Source of the DNA: Macrostomum lignano
Lineage: Eukaryota
DNA: 64,000 nt
Assembly: GCA_002269645.1 (NCBI GenBank)
Contig: NIVC01003431.1
Span: 1-64,000, forward strand
Reading direction: 5' to 3'
Of the stretch, positions 48,002 through 62,800 are shown in pieces (the first letter of the stretch is position 1; each line of letters starts with the position of its first letter). Below the pieces are notes generated by a model, which saw only the letters and a program-made list of their open reading frames with translations, did no database searches and was not told where the DNA came from. Position numbers and translations under genes: made by a program.

Positions 48002-50366
48002 TTAGAAAGTGAATCCGCCACCTTGATCGCCGTTCATTTTGGAATCCAAACCGGCTGGGGGCGCCGCAGTCGCTAAGCTGGCCAGCACCTCAGTTGCCAT
48101 GGTGTACGAGTCTCGACGGACTGCGAGTGTTTAAGTGCACTTTAAAGTCAGTTAGATTGGCTTCAGGGTCTGATTGATTGGCTTCAGGGCTGATTGATTG
48201 GCTTCAGGGTCTGATTGATTGGCTTCAGGGCTGATTGATTGGCTTCAGGGTCTGATTGATTGGCTTCAGGGTCTGATTGATTGGCTTCAGGGTCTGATTG
48301 ATTGGCTTCAGGGTCTGATTGATTGGCTTCAGGGCTGATTGATTGGCTTCAGGGTCTGATTGATTGGCTTCAGGGCTGATTGATTGGCTTCAGGGTCTGA
48401 TTGATTGGCTTCGGGGTCTGATTGATTGGCTTCAGGGTCTGATTGATTGGCTTCAGGGTCTGATTGATTGGCTTCAGGGTCTGATTGATTGGCTTCGGGG
48501 TCTGATTGATTGGCTTCAGGGTCTGATTGATTGGCTTCAGGGTCTGATTGATTGGCTTCAGGGTCTGATTGATTGGCTTCAGGGCTGATTGATTGGCTTC
48601 AGGGTCTGATTGATTGGCTTCAGGGTCTGATTGATTGGCTTCAGGGTCTGATTGATTGGCTTCGGGTCTGATTGATTGGCTTCAGGGCTGATTGATTGGC
48701 TTCAGGGTCTGATTGATTGGCTTCAGGGCTGATTGATTGGCTTCAGGGTCTGATTGATTGGCTTCAGGGCTGATTGATTGGCTTCAGGGTCTGATTGATT
48801 GGCTTCAGGGTCTGATTGATTGGCTTCGGGGTCTGATTGATTGGCTTCAGGGCTGATTGATTGGCTTCAGGGTCTGATTGATTGGCTTCAGGGCTGATTG
48901 ATTGGCTTCAGGGTCTGATTGATTGGCTTCAGGGTCTGATTGATTGGCTTCAGGGTCTGATTGATTGGCTTCAGGGTCTGATTGATTGGCTTCGGGGTCT
49001 GATTGATTGGCTTCAGAGCTGATTGATTGGGTTCAGGGTCTGATTGATTGGCTTCAGAGCTGATTGATTGGCTTCAGGCCTGATCTATTGGATGAAGATG
49101 AAGATCAAGATTCTGCCAGCAGCATCACTCACCACCGCAGCTATTATCCAGGTGCTGCTGAGTCAAGTCAGGATTCGCATAGGCGGTCATCGAGACGGTG
49201 GTCAGAGGCGGCGGCTGCTGCATCGGGGGCGGCGGAGGCGGCATGGCGGCGGCCTGGCTGATGGGAGTGACCCGGATATCCGGTATTGGGCCAGTGGGCG
49301 ATTGCGGCAGCACTAGCTGGCCTGGCGCCACCTGTTGAGGAGGCTGGGCCGACGGAGATGAAGCAGCTAAGCCGGATAGATCTTCATCCGATTGAGTCAT
49401 CTGATAGTGATGCCAGCTGGATCGATAATTTTGGCCGGAATTATTGCTGTTGCTGTGACAGTTGCTGCTTCCAGGAGCAGTTAACAGTGCGGCTACCAGA
49501 GATGGCTGCTGATTGACAGATTGCACAGGCTGATTAGCCAAGCTTAGTTTGGTCATGTCACTCTGAAGCATCACCGGTTGCTGCTGCTGCTGTTGTTGTT
49601 GTTGTTGTTGCAAAAGAAGAAGCTGCTGCTGCAGCAACGGAGAAGTCATTGACACGGCTATGGGCTGCGGTGGCAGCTGCTGTTGAACCTGGAACTGCTG
49701 GCCATCGCTGCCAACTGCTCCGTAATAGAAATCTGCAAAGCCGGGCTGCTGCAGCTTCTCAGCAATATTTGTGTCTGATGAAGCCCGGCGAGGGCCCAGC
49801 GGGGGGCCCAGGCCGCCGCCACCGACCCCGCCGCCGCCAAAGTGCTGTTCATCGTACTCGTCTCTGGACCGATGGGTTGGCGAATAAGGATGCGGTCGAT
49901 GATCGCGGCTTTTAGAGATGATGTATTCGCGAACTCGATGCTTAGCACTGCTGCTGTGCTGTTGCTGATGAAGGGCGGAGGCTGGGCTCAGAGCATAGCC
50001 AGTTGGGGAGGCTGCATAGGCGCTGGCAGCGTGTGTTGGAGAGCTCACGGGAGAGTTGCTGTAGTTGGGCTGGTGCTGAGGAGACAGGGTCAGGGGGTTG
50101 GGCTGCTGTTGCAATCCCACGGCTAGGCTGGATGAAGAGTCGCTCAAACCGCATTGACCGATTGGGGTTGATGGAGCTGCCGCGGAGTCTGGCGCCGCTG
50201 CCGCTGGGTAGACACCGCTTGGCGCGGGACTGGCGCCGCCAGACCTGGCGCCACCGGAAACATTTGGCGTGGATACGGTGCGTCTGGCCGGGTCTCCGGT
50301 GGACAACTGAGCAACATTGTGGAGCAGTGGGGGGTAGGGAGTGATCAGAATCCGATTGTCAATCAT
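48002..50366 (-). CDS. Q/S/P-rich low-complexity protein with kinase/14-3-3 and PxIxIT-like motifs (CRTC-like, tentative); exons 50366-49133 and 48120-48002
   Basis: 413-aa ORF with RRTVSTP, RRASSD and PIPDIRVT. The ORF end overlaps a GTGAGT donor at 49132; splicing to CAG|TCCGTC at 48120 gives an in-frame VRRDSYTMATEVL...GGFTF*. Confidence 0.6.
48157..49078. repeat. 21/22-bp (GATTGATTGGCTTCAGGGTCT)n in the intron of the Q-rich gene
   Basis: Visible tandem array. Confidence 0.95.
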
Positions 50367-53300
50367 TTGTCATAGGATCATGACAATCTTCACAAGCTTG
50401 AAATTCGTCAAGTTTTATAAAGCATTATGAAATTTTGACAATAAAAATGTATATTATATAGAAGTGTAGCAGAAATTGCAATTTTATTCAGTAAAAAATT
50501 TGAGACACCTACTTTAGAAAAGGTAAAATCATTTAGACAATAAACAAAAAACTGCTCTAAACACTTCTATTATAAGGATCATTGAAATAAAATTGACAAA
50601 CTCAAAGATCTTAAAGAATTAGCTATAATTGTTTTGGTAACAAGATGTTTTGGTGAAAAAAACAGACCCTTTGATGGCAGCTGTTTTAATTAGGGGTTTT
50701 CTAAAATGTTTAGGTAATGTTTCATTTTTTACTGGAATAAACATGCTGCAATCTTTATTATATTATAAATTTGCTATCTTCTATGAGTATTGATTGTAGT
50801 TTTTTGATGACCATTTTTGATGACCAAATCTGGTTACCCTATTGCCCATATTGCAGATTGTGATATATATTTACCAGAAAGTATTCAGCTATCTAGTAAA
50901 GCATATGATGTGACATGACAGTCACATTTCCAATTTTTGGCATGCTTCGTATAAATGTAAAGTTTTGTCCAAAAAACTCTGGCATACATTGGACCCCTTT
51001 CTGACAATGCTTAGGCCTAATATACTGTGTTGCAAGCTTGAAGAAATATAGTTAAGAACTATAAGCCAATAATTGTGCCAGAAATTAAATTGTATTTTTC
51101 CTGTATGCCAGATGTATACCAGCCAATACCAAAGCATTTATATACTAGATATACACTAGCTAAAGCATTTGTATGCCACAAGTTTTTGGTATATCCTATA
51201 CTTTCCATAATATAGATTAAAGCCAATAAGGTTTAAATTGTGCCATATGCCCTCCTTTCCTAGGCCAGACTATTCTAGCATACTAGACCATGCCCACATT
51301 GCTAGGAGCCAATATGCACCAGACCATGATAATGGCTATTGGCTGCAAGATGGTCTAATTACATTTTAACAATGTTGGAGGTTAAGTAACTTCCAGTTTG
51401 AAGGAGAGTAACTTCAGGCACTTTGGTTACTGGTCCTTTCTAATTTTAAAGAACCACCAATTAAAAGTGCTCAAGCATGTCTTTGTAAAAAAAAAACGTG
51501 TTGGTCTAGAGTTAAACATTCAGTTATTTTTCAAATAAAGATGCTATTTAATATTTATTATTATTGTATCTAAAATCTGACTAAATAAACAAAACCATTA
51601 TAAAACAAGGATTAATAGTATCTGATATATTATGACACTATACTTGCAATTCATAGAAAAGATTTTGGAGGCCAATTTTCAAATGTTGATTCCAACTCTT
51701 CAGAAATATGAGATAATTTTTATGCAAAAGGTGTGTCTTAATGAGTAGGATATTTTAGACAATTTTTAGTTATCTGGGTCATTCTTGTCACCCTACTAGT
51801 ATTGTGTTATAGTTTTATAGCAGCCAAACTTTCATGCTTGGGCATAACCTAAGGATTCACCTGGCTATTTCTATTGGCAACATGCGCATGTAAGTCACTA
51901 TTGGACGGAATAGTAGTCCCATGACTGCTCTTAGCCAATAGCAACTTACATGTGTGTGTTATCAATAGAAACAGCTGAGTGATTCCCAAGGTTGTGCATG
52001 TGCATTTGCTATGTTATATATGCTAGTCAAATGCCATAGTTAGGAAGATGGCCTTTTTCATGGAAAATTCTGGCACAAAAGAGGGTTGGACATGTGCCAC
52101 GCTGGTGCATTCTGGTGCAACTATAGGCAAGGGATAAAAATATGGCACAGTATAGCATAAGATAAAAAATTGGCACAATTTGGTGCAAGACAAAAACTTT
52201 TAAGAAGACAATATTTTCTCTGACAGAAAATTAGCATGTAATTTCTTTTTATTAGCACTTCTTTTTGCTGGTATATTGACAGCTTTTTAATTAATTTACG
52301 TTAACATTGCATTTTCTATGAAACAGATTAAAAAACAAGTTCTACTAGTGTTTTTCAAATGGAAAATTATTGATTTCTGCATTTTTTTCAAAAAGCTATG
52401 GTACACAAAGTGAGCAAAATTTTTTTGATAAAAATAGTTCTAGCACAGCACAAGCAAGTTTTTTTATAGGATTTGTTCTGGCACATGGTACAATCAAACT
52501 TTTTTTGATAGGATTCATTCTGGCCCAGGTGTACTATGATCCTGAGTATCCTGAGGTCATATACTCTGATGTATGCTGAAAAACTGTTAGACTTTTACTA
52601 TATGCCAGGATTTCCCTTCCCATGTAGCCTTCCAAAATATAAGCCACACTCCAGATTATATAGTAAATGCCTAAAAATTTGGGTGTCCATTAGCCTTGCA
52701 TGCCAAAAGTAGGCATGCAAATTTGGTGCGCACTGTGTATCACTCCTAAGAAAATAGTGTGCATATATACCTAGCATCCAGGATGGAATTCTTGTTCAGG
52801 GGAAGTAGGAGTAGGAGAGCTTGAGCATGCATATACTACATGGCACATAACCATGTTGAATGCATATAAAAGTCAAATCCTATTTATGATTCTGCAGCAA
52901 ACAGCTTCTTCACAAGCGCATCAATGGAGTGCACACAGACTTTCTTTAAGAGCGCGCAAGTAGGCTCTTTTTTAGCGGGCATGAATTGAACAATCGCGCA
53001 CAAATGTGTAACAACTTTTGTGCAAGAATTCCATCCTGGCCTAGCATGCATTGCATAGAATCATGCGGAAGAATTAATATGAAAAAAAATTTAAAATAGG
53101 TTCATTTAAAGCATAAATTTTAAGCCTTCTAGGTTTTTAAGCTCATAATAAAGCATTCAAACAAATCTGAATATATTAATTTTCTATTGTAAATAGTATC
53201 ATCAAAAAAGCAGAGAAATGAACCAAATTATTAGCCAAAAAATGTTCATTATGCAATTCAAAAAAGGTCATTTATTGTCCATGTTTGGGTGCAACCTTTG

Positions 53301-56199
53301 TTTCACTTGGCCATTTCTTTTGGAAACACACACATGTAAGTTACTATTGGACAAATAAAGTAGTCATATGACTGTTCTCAGCCAATAGCAACTTATATAT
53401 GTGTGTTGCCAATAGAAACAGCTAGGTGATTCCAAAGTTGCGCATATATCCTATTATCACAATACTGGCATAGTTTTGAGAATGGGTATGCACTTATTTT
53501 TTTGGTATGCACATATATGCGCAACCTCCAAAATTCGGTCAGCCATGCGACTTAGTTTTAACAAAAATGCAACATAGTTTTTGGCCAAAAATGCGACTTA
53601 CATGTAATAAAAACCCTAAAGCAAAATTAACGCAACTTTGGGTAAATAGCAGAAGTAACTATGACTCTCTTATTAGGTCAAAATGTCTCGTCAGCTACTT
53701 AGTAATACTACTTTGGTATTTTTTCGGGTGGGCATTTTTGCAACTTCCTTGATTGGCTGCCAAATCGGTCGGCTTGGCCGACTGTTGCGCATATGTGGGT
53801 ATGCATTTTTTTTAATTATTTAATTTCTGTTTGGGCATGCTGCATGCACCCCACCTAGCATAATCTGGACTATAGACTATAGAATGCATCTAAAAATGTG
53901 AATAGCAAAAGTTAACCATTGGCATCACAACACTTTTTCTGACACTTTTTGCAATATTTTAATTTATCAAACTGTGTTTGAAAATGCATTGGTGAAAGTT
54001 GTACAGGTAAAAAAAGTAACTTCCAGTACTAAAAGTGGGAGCTTTGCCAAACCAAACACTGCACTTTAAGATATTAGGCCCTATATATAAATAACAATAT
54101 TTAACCAAGTTATATATTGTGTTTAGTGTTGAAATATTTTTTTGAAAATTAACTTTAAAAAGTAGAGATCAAAAGCCACAATTTAGTCAAAAAATGGATA
54201 GGCCCTTAGGCCTACTCAAAATTACCCATAGGCATAGCTATAAATTTTAGAATAGCATATACACCTCAACTACAAATAGAACAAACAATAAGCTTATATT
54301 TAACATGAAATTTATGTTAAAAAAACACTTACTCTGTTTTTTAAAACGCTTAATTCGTTTAGCAAACGATTAAATTTTTCATTGGATTCATCTTCACCTG
54401 CTTGAAGCAATGCAATTTTTTCGTCGAACTTTCGAGGATTCAGAGAACCGTGGTTTGACTTAGAAGACTGCATTATGTTTAACCTTAAAAAATTAATCCA
54501 TTGAAAACCCTTGAAATTGCAATCATAAAGACCATAAAATAACTGCAGTTTTGTTGAATTTCCACTTGACTGCGAAGAGCAAGTATACTACAGGTATTCT
54601 AAGAAAAATTATAAGAAGTTCTGCGATCAAAACAAAACAATAAAAATTATACCTTTTTCGTGTTTAAGCTTTTATGTTTAGTTATTTCGTTTATAAAATT
54701 ATCATTCTTATATGGTAGCTTATAAATTAGTTAAAATATGGCAAGTGCAATTTTTAAAAACGGACTGTACAACAATATACAAGTTTTACCTTGTCAGTTG
54801 GCGTTTTGAATGGTCGTTGTAGATAAACATAGTTGGTAACAACTAGGTCTGATCGATTTAATCAGATTTTATTCCAACAATTGAACTCACTAAAGCTAGT
54901 AAAGGGTTTTACGATTGCATTATAGCCCTAGGCCTACTACTCTACTTGTCATCTTGGCCTGCGCCTGCATTTATTTAAGAGCATTTAGCTATTGATATTC
55001 AATTATTAGTACTAGCGTACCCTACTCAAATTAGTACAATTCTACGTTTCCTAAATAGTATAAAGGCTTACTAATCATATACTACATTAAGAGTGTAAAA
55101 TTTTATATAGCTAGGGCCTAGCTAAAGCCTAAATCTTGATAGACAAGACAACATTGTTATTGCTATTGTGTCCTAAACTCATCGCTCTTTCATTAAATTT
55201 GTAATAGTAATAGTAATTACCAATAAACATCACTGAAGTCAGGGAGCTCTATTATGGTTTTTCAATTTGATATTCGAAGGTAAGTTGATTATATTAATTT
55301 TAAATAGTGAATAAATGACTAGAGCCTCAGTATAGATAGGCTAGGCCTCAATACATAATTATTAATATCATTAGGCCCTGTCTTTGAATAGGCCATAGGC
55401 CTAAATAGATATGTTACAATTTTATTGCTATTATTGCCATATATAGGCCTAACCAATGCTTTTAATTCTTTTTCTTCTTTTATAGGCTTTTCACAAAGAT
55501 TAATTCTAGAACTAGAATAATTCTGATTCCAAAACTAGAATCAATAGGAAAATAAAAAGCTTCAAACCCATTTCATGTTTGCCAGTCTTTACAATTTGAT
55601 TTTGTCTTTCTTTGATTTTGTTTCTTCTTGGATATGACAAAAAATAAAATAATCCATCTATATACTAAAAATGGTTTCTTGGTAGGTATCTATCTATCTA
55701 TATGATCAATTAAAGCAAAAACAGCTAAACCAATTTTTTTCAAACTTGAATTGTTCAATCAGAAATTTCTCTATGTTTATGGCAAAATCCAAAAACGTGG
55801 GATAAAATGATAAAACAAATCTGCGGACATTCGATGGAAAGTAATGTATCTAAAAAAGGTTTTTGAAAGATAGATAGGTCTTTAGAAAATAGTTCTGGAT
55901 AAAAACTATTGTTCTCATGCTTTATATTGTTGAATAAATAAGAAAAAACCACAAAAAAGCATTTTGAAAGTCCAAGTTGACCGATTCGCAATTTTTTGTT
56001 TCACTTTTTTTCATTATTAAACAATTAATTTTAAGACTTGTAGGCCTTAGAGAAGGCTAATTTTTTTACTACTTACAAAACAGAAAGTAATCTGTGTTTT
56101 ACTTTTTATTCAATTCAAAAAGATGAAGTATTTCTAAGGATTTCAAAGTTTTTCTAAAACCATATAAACTCGCAAAAATTCATCTCTAACTATAAAAAT

Positions 56200-56700
56200 C
56201 AAAACTCTGTGTGTCTGTGTGTGGACAATTTTGATCGCTATGGACTCCCAAACTGCTCAACCAAATGACACCAAACTTTACACCCACCCTAAACTTACTA
56301 CGGAGAATGTTTTAGGCTACCTTAAAATTTCCTAAATTTGAGTCTTCCCACCTGAAAGTGCAAAAAACTGCTCAAAATGCGCGATTTTTTCACTAAATCC
56401 TCCATAGCGCCGCTCCACTTCTACCGATTCTCTTCAAATTTGACACAGGCAATTTTCAACTATTTTGACACAATCGTGTAAAATTTCAAACCTCAAAGTT
56501 AATCCTGAAAGCCACTGTGCACTTTTAAAGTTTGGCTGTTTTTTTCAGCGAGGCAGCCACCCCAACCTCCGCCCGCCTGCCTCTCTTTCCCGATCTGGGC
56601 AAAGGGTGTGAATCAGGTTTTAAAATGCCTAACTTTCGGTTGCCATAAGTTTGCTCCACGTGAAGCGATTGACTTCTAACTTAACACAATTCTTCTTTGA
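56200..56700. mobile_element. DINE/HINE-like non-autonomous Helentron remnant
   Basis: Short TGTG/TCTG tract followed by AAACTGCTCAACCAAATGACACCAAACTTT and CCGATTCTCTTCAAATTTGACAC, which resemble DINE-like core motifs. Confidence 0.35.
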
Positions 56701-57399
56701 TTCATTCTCTGTCTAAATGTAAAGTTTCAACTCTCTAACTCAATCAGAACAGAAACTGTAAGCATGTGAAGTTTGTCTGCTTTTTCTGTTGTTTGTGCCA
56801 CTCACTCACTCATTCCCCCAGAGCCAGACGAAGGGTCAGGCGATAGGGCTCAATGTACATAGCGAATGTACAGTGTTTTGGAATAACTTTTTAATAGCCT
56901 TCTCTGTACCCCCGCGCGAGTGGAGAGGCGTGGAGAGGAGAGACAGTTTCAGTGAGAGATTCAAACCACTGTCCTCTGTATAGACACAAGTCTGCAGCAG
57001 TTTAACAGTAGATGGCAAACAGGCAAATCAAGGCGATGCGGGATGGTTTGTAAAAATAGCGAAAAATTAATGAATAACTTATTACAATGCAATACTACTC
57101 AATTAGTTACACCATGAAGCTTTTAACATTAAGTTTTGCATAGGGTAACTTTAAAATTTAAATGACTCCTAAGAAATGCGTATTTCCTTGGTTGTTAGAC
57201 TGCTGCAGAGTGCAGACTGGGTGGTGGAGCTGGAGATACACAAATTCCTCTCAGGGCTGCTAATTGGCCAGAAAGGTGACGTGATTAAAGCATGAGAAAT
57301 GATAACCATGGTAGTAACGTCCCACAAACTGGCTTTCGAAGCAGGGATCGGTAGATTTTTAACTCAAAGGCCAGATAAAGAATCCAACTCATGGCTGCG

Positions 57400-58865
57400 G
57401 GCCAGATGAGAGTGAAAAAGAAAAGGAATAGACTATTAGAAAGAGAGGAAGGGCGAGAGGGGGGTAAGAGAAAATATATAAGATAACAGGGGAGACGAGT
57501 GGGGTGAGGACGAGGAGAGAGCAGAGAATATGGGAGGAGGAAGCGAGAGGAGGGGAGGCAGGAGGGAGAGGAAAGAGTAGAGGAGAGAAGAGGAAGAGAG
57601 AAGAGGGGAGAGATGAGACAGAGGATCGATGAGAGAGGAGAGTAGAGAAGAGTGAGAAGAGAATAGAGAACAGAGAGTAGATAGGAGGGGAGAGAGGTAG
57701 AGAGGAGTGAGAAGAGAGGAGATAAGAGATGAGAGAGAGAGAGAGAGAGAGAGAGAGTTGAGAAAGAAGAGAGAAGAAAGGAGAGATGATAGAGTAAAGG
57801 GAGGAAGAGGAGAGAGGAAATAGATGAGATTGTGGAGATGAGAGAGATGAAAGGAAAGATGAGAAAGTAGAGATGAGAGATAAAGGAAGAGAGAGCAGAG
57901 TGCAGAGACAAGAGAAGAGAATAGAGGGGAAAGAGTATAGAAGAGGGAAGAGAAGAGGAGTAAGAAGAGAGGATTCAGTAGAGGGGAAAGAGAAGAGTAC
58001 ACAGGAGAGTGGAGAGTAAAGATGACAGAAGAGAGAGGGGGTAGAGAGCAAAGATGAGAGTGAACGCGATATATGAGAGGAGAGAGGAGAGTGAAGAGAG
58101 AAGAGAGAAGACAAGAGAGGGAGAGAATAGAAGAGGGAAGAGAAGAGAAGGGAAAAAGGAGAAAGGAAAGAGGAGTCAAAAGAGGGGAAAGAGAAGAGTA
58201 CAGATGAGAGAGGTGAGAAAACATACGAGTATAAGAGAGTAAAGATGGCAGATGAGAGAGGGGAGATGAGAGACCAGAGACGAGAGTGAACAGACGAGAG
58301 ATGGGAGAGTGGAGAGAAAAAAGGATAGAAATAAGAGATGAGAGGGGAGACAAGGGAGAGAGAAGTGAGTGAGGAAAGAGGAGGGGAGGGGAGGGGAGAG
58401 AACCGAGAGGACAGGGGAAAGAGGAGAAAGGACGAGAGAGGAGAGGAAACAGGGGAGAGATTAGAGGAGAAAGAGAGATGGGACAGGAAAGAGCAGAGAG
58501 ATGAGAGGAGAGAGAGGGAGAGAGAGAGGAGAGAGAGAGGGAAAGAGAGAGGAGAGAACATGCAGAAAGAATGAGAAGAGAGAAGAGAGAAAAGATAAAA
58601 GAAGAGAAAGAAGAGATAGATAAGAGAGCAAAGACAAGAGAGAAGAGAGGTGAGGGAAGAGACGATAGAAGAGAGGAGAGAGGAGAGAGGAAAGAAGAGA
58701 AGAGAGGAGAGGAGAAGGAGAGAGAGGAGAGAGTACAGAGTAGAGAGGAGGAGAGGAGGGATAAAAGAATAGAGGGGAGAGGGAATAGATGAGAGAATAG
58801 GGGATAGAGGAGAGAGATAGAAGAGATAGAGACGAGAGAGAGGAGAGGAAACAGAAGAGAAGATC
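57400..58865. repeat. Purine-rich (GA) low-complexity tract
   Basis: Visible; source of spurious S/L-rich ORFs. Confidence 0.9.
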
Positions 58866-59334
58866 GAAGTTTCTAAGGATCCAAGGGACATAAGGAGAGG
58901 CAGAGGCCAGAGTTTGCCTGTTCGCAGCACCCCAGCCAACAATATAAATGTTTGCCTCAAATCCTAATTTTTCACGAATGTACTCTATTTTATGTTTAAT
59001 TCTAACCTAACTATTAACAAGTTTTTGTTTGAGTTTGACCTCAGATTTTAGAATACGACATACGAGTACATGCAAAAATAGTTCCAGGGATTGAAATTCC
59101 CCGGGTTCAAAATCCGGGGGTTTCAACAGCTTGTACTAATATAAAGTGCAAAGTTTGCCAGCAAACATCTTTCTCTAAAAGTAAATATATCGCTAATTCC
59201 TTGTTGCAAAATAATCTTTAAGTTGTTTTCTTTCATTTAAATATCAACTTGCATAGTATTAGTATTTGTAATATGCCTATATTTAGACCTAAAAATTTTG
59301 GGTAAAAAATGGTACCACAAAATGTGAACCCAGC

Positions 59335-59850
59335 ATCCAAATCAGATGCTTACTGTATGCTTATTAAGCGACGAAGAACAATGAAATTACACTAAAACAT
59401 GTATCATCGCGGCGTGTATGCAGGAAAAAAGAATTTTCCAAATTGATTCAGTAGAAGCTGAGTAAAATGCAATTTTCCAATCCTTTTGGGAATTCCAATG
59501 TGTTACCCGGCTTCCAAATCAGATGCTTACTGTATGCTTATTAAGCGACGAAGAACAATGAAATTACACTAAAACATATATCATTGCGGCGTGTATGCAG
59601 GAAAAAAAGAATTTTCCAAATCGCTTCAATAGAAGCTGAGTAAAATGCAATTTTCCAATCCTTATGGGAATTCCAATGTGTTACCCGGCTTCCAAATCAG
59701 ATGCTTACTGTATGCTTATTAAGCGACGAAGAACAATGAAATTACACTAAAACATGTATCATCGCGGCATATATGCAAGAAAAAAAGAATTTTCCAAATC
59801 GCTTCAGTAGAAGCTGAGTAAAATGCAATTTTCTGATCCTTACGGGAATT
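59335..59850. repeat. 178-bp tandem repeat, about 3 copies
   Basis: TCCAAATCAGATGCTTACTG occurs at ~59336, ~59514 and ~59692. Confidence 0.9.
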
Positions 59851-62800
59851 TGTATGTTTAAATAATAAACTTACGTTGAATACAATTTATTGCAAACGAA
59901 CTCTACAAAATACACATTGTCAAGAGTAACAAAAGTGATAAACAAATAAACCCTTGAAAATAATGTAAAATATGTTGTAGAATTATAGAGTGTAATATTA
60001 TAAGATAGTTAAAATTAATAAAATACATTATTATAGCTTTTCTATCATTTTCATTAGACTCATTTTAGGTCTTAATTAAACTTACCGTTTTAACAAATCA
60101 TTTTATTAAAAATAAAGCTATACGATAATAATTTGTGCTTTAATAGACTTTTTTACTTTTTAAAAACTTGAATAAATTTATTTTATAGCTTTATTGCTTT
60201 CAAATTGCCAAAAAACGAATTTTCATAAAACTTGCCCCTGATTTTTGGATTTCCCCTTATACATGCATTGTGGCTAAAAATTGCTTGATGTTAAAGGAAT
60301 TATATATTCAAAAAACATGCTTTTTTGCAAAGGTCAAGCAGCTCTTTTGACTTGAAATGCATTGTAAGAATGCTAGAAAAAAAACTGACTGGTTGAATTC
60401 TGATTCTGAAATAGATTGTATCACAATAGGCTTTTTATTTATCATGTATGTACTACTTGAATTTTGACACTGAATTGAATCATATCACAGTATTGAAAAT
60501 GCAATGTGGAAGCATAGCACAATAACTTGATTTATAATGCGTAACCACATTGCTAACTTTAATAGAAACTGGTACTGACTTGCCTAAGAAATTGATTATC
60601 TCATAACTGCTTTGTGTAATTTTTACTCAATTGACTTGGTATGAGTGTTGAATTATAAGTGCTATAATTTAATTTATAAATTCAATGAGAGCTAAACTAG
60701 AGTTGAACAGATTGGACTGCTAATGTAGCAACCTGGGTTTGAATCAGTTATATAAGTAGTGTATATATATAAAGAGTATAAAAGTAGTGAAATTTTCTTT
60801 TCATGTGCTTGATAAACCAAGGATTTCTGCACTTGATAAGCCAAGGATTATTGCACTTGATAAACCAAAGATTACTGTACTTGATAGACCAAAAATTATT
60901 GCACTTGGCAAACAAAGGATTATTGTGCTTGATAAGCTTGGCTACATGTATGGGATTCTTTCTATGCAGGGATGTTTGCTATTTAGGGATTCTCGCTATT
61001 TGCAGGATGCTATCTGGGTAGATACTTCTATAATATCTGGGAGATGCTTGCTATCTGCAGATGCTTGCTATGTAGGTGGATGCTTCAATAATATCTGGGA
61101 GATGCTTTCTATCTATAGATGCTTGTTATATAGGCGGATGCTTGCTACAAGTATTAGGGGATGCTTGCTATCTGTGGTTGCTTACTTTTGGAGGGGGTGC
61201 TTACTATCTAAAGGGATGCTTGCTGTCTTGGTAATATTTTCTGTTTAGAGGGAATGTCTATTATCTTTGTGAAAGCTATATTTTGTTGTCGATTTATTAA
61301 TTTTAGAAAAAAAAAATTTATAGCAAATATAATTGTCCGTGACAATTCCACATGAATAAGATGCTTTTTTAAAAGTGAAAAAGGAATCAGTATTTAAGAA
61401 AAGTGCTTTTTTAATTGTTTTCCATGAAGTATTTTTGCTCTTTGCTTATTGGGTGCCCCAAAGGGGAGCTGCACTAGATTGCTATCTATATACTAAAAAT
61501 TATATACTAATAATAAAAAATTTACAATTCCAAATATGTCAATTTTTACTATTAAAATATAAACATGACAATGGATCAATAAAATTTATTGCTCCCAATT
61601 CCAGAACTAGAACACAGTTCTGGAACCAATTCTGAAAGCAGAATAAACAATATGAAAATCTTATTATGAAAAGCCTAATAGGCCCTAGTTGTAATCAAAT
61701 CAAGTCAATATACAATTTTGCATTTTTAATTTTTTTCTTACTTTGAGGCAACAAAGCTAAACTATTATTGTTAAACAAATAAAAACAATGCAAATTTTCT
61801 CAATTTTTAATTATATTTAATTATAGGCCTAATCTTTAATAAGCCCTAATTAGTCTTGAATTTAAGTTTTTAGCTATTTATAGTAGATACATTTCAAACT
61901 TGCCTAGCCAATAAAGCAAGTTTGGTCAAATAGGATCCCTAAGATTCTCAATCCTAATCTTGAAATCTTAGGATTCCAAAGAAAAATAGACTCCTATTAA
62001 ACTGGGATCTAGACCCTAAGATTTGAAAGTAGGTCTTTTGATTAAAGCTTTGTAGCATTAGTAATTATTTAAATATATTTTAATTTAAATAGTATTTATT
62101 GTTGTTTTTTAACTAGTTACAAAATATTGAAGCTATTTTATAATGTTTCACCTTTTGATCTTAACATTGTTTAACTTTGTTCAACTTTATATAAACCAAC
62201 AAAGTATAATAAATGGAAAGAATTGATCCCAATTCTTAAATCCTAATCCTGATCCCAATTCTTAAATCCTAATCCTGATCCCAATTCTTAAATCCTAATC
62301 CTGATCCTAAATTTGAAATTTTTCTATTTCCAACCTTAATCTTGCCTAATGATGTCAATCCTATCTAACTTCTACTTGGCACTCTGCTTAGCTTTTGATA
62401 TAAGATATTTCAAATATAATATAAAATAAGATATTAAATTCTCTAGTCAATTTTGTTAAGAACTTTTTAAACAATGACTACTTTTAAATTTGTTATTTAT
62501 ATATTAAAGCAAAGGCAGAGGTTGTGTGGAAAGGTGTGGTTGGAGGAGGTTTAAGCTAGGGGAGGTAAGAGCCATAAATAAGCCCTGGTTTTAAAATACA
62601 TTAAAAGGCTTCTATTTAACTTACTACTACACTAAGAGTAGCTGGCAGACAAATTTTCTAAGTGGCCCATCTATTTATTCTTTTAGCATGTATGTTTTAG
62701 CCTAAGTTTTTTATTTTAATTTTTTAGACACTATTTTAATATTAATTAAACTAAGTGATATAACTGCCCTTGTTGCCTGTCTGTTTTGCTGGGAGACAAA

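Noticed and set aside
57285-58960. 523-aa and other S/L-rich ORFs
   Set aside because: Reverse strand of a GA-rich low-complexity tract.
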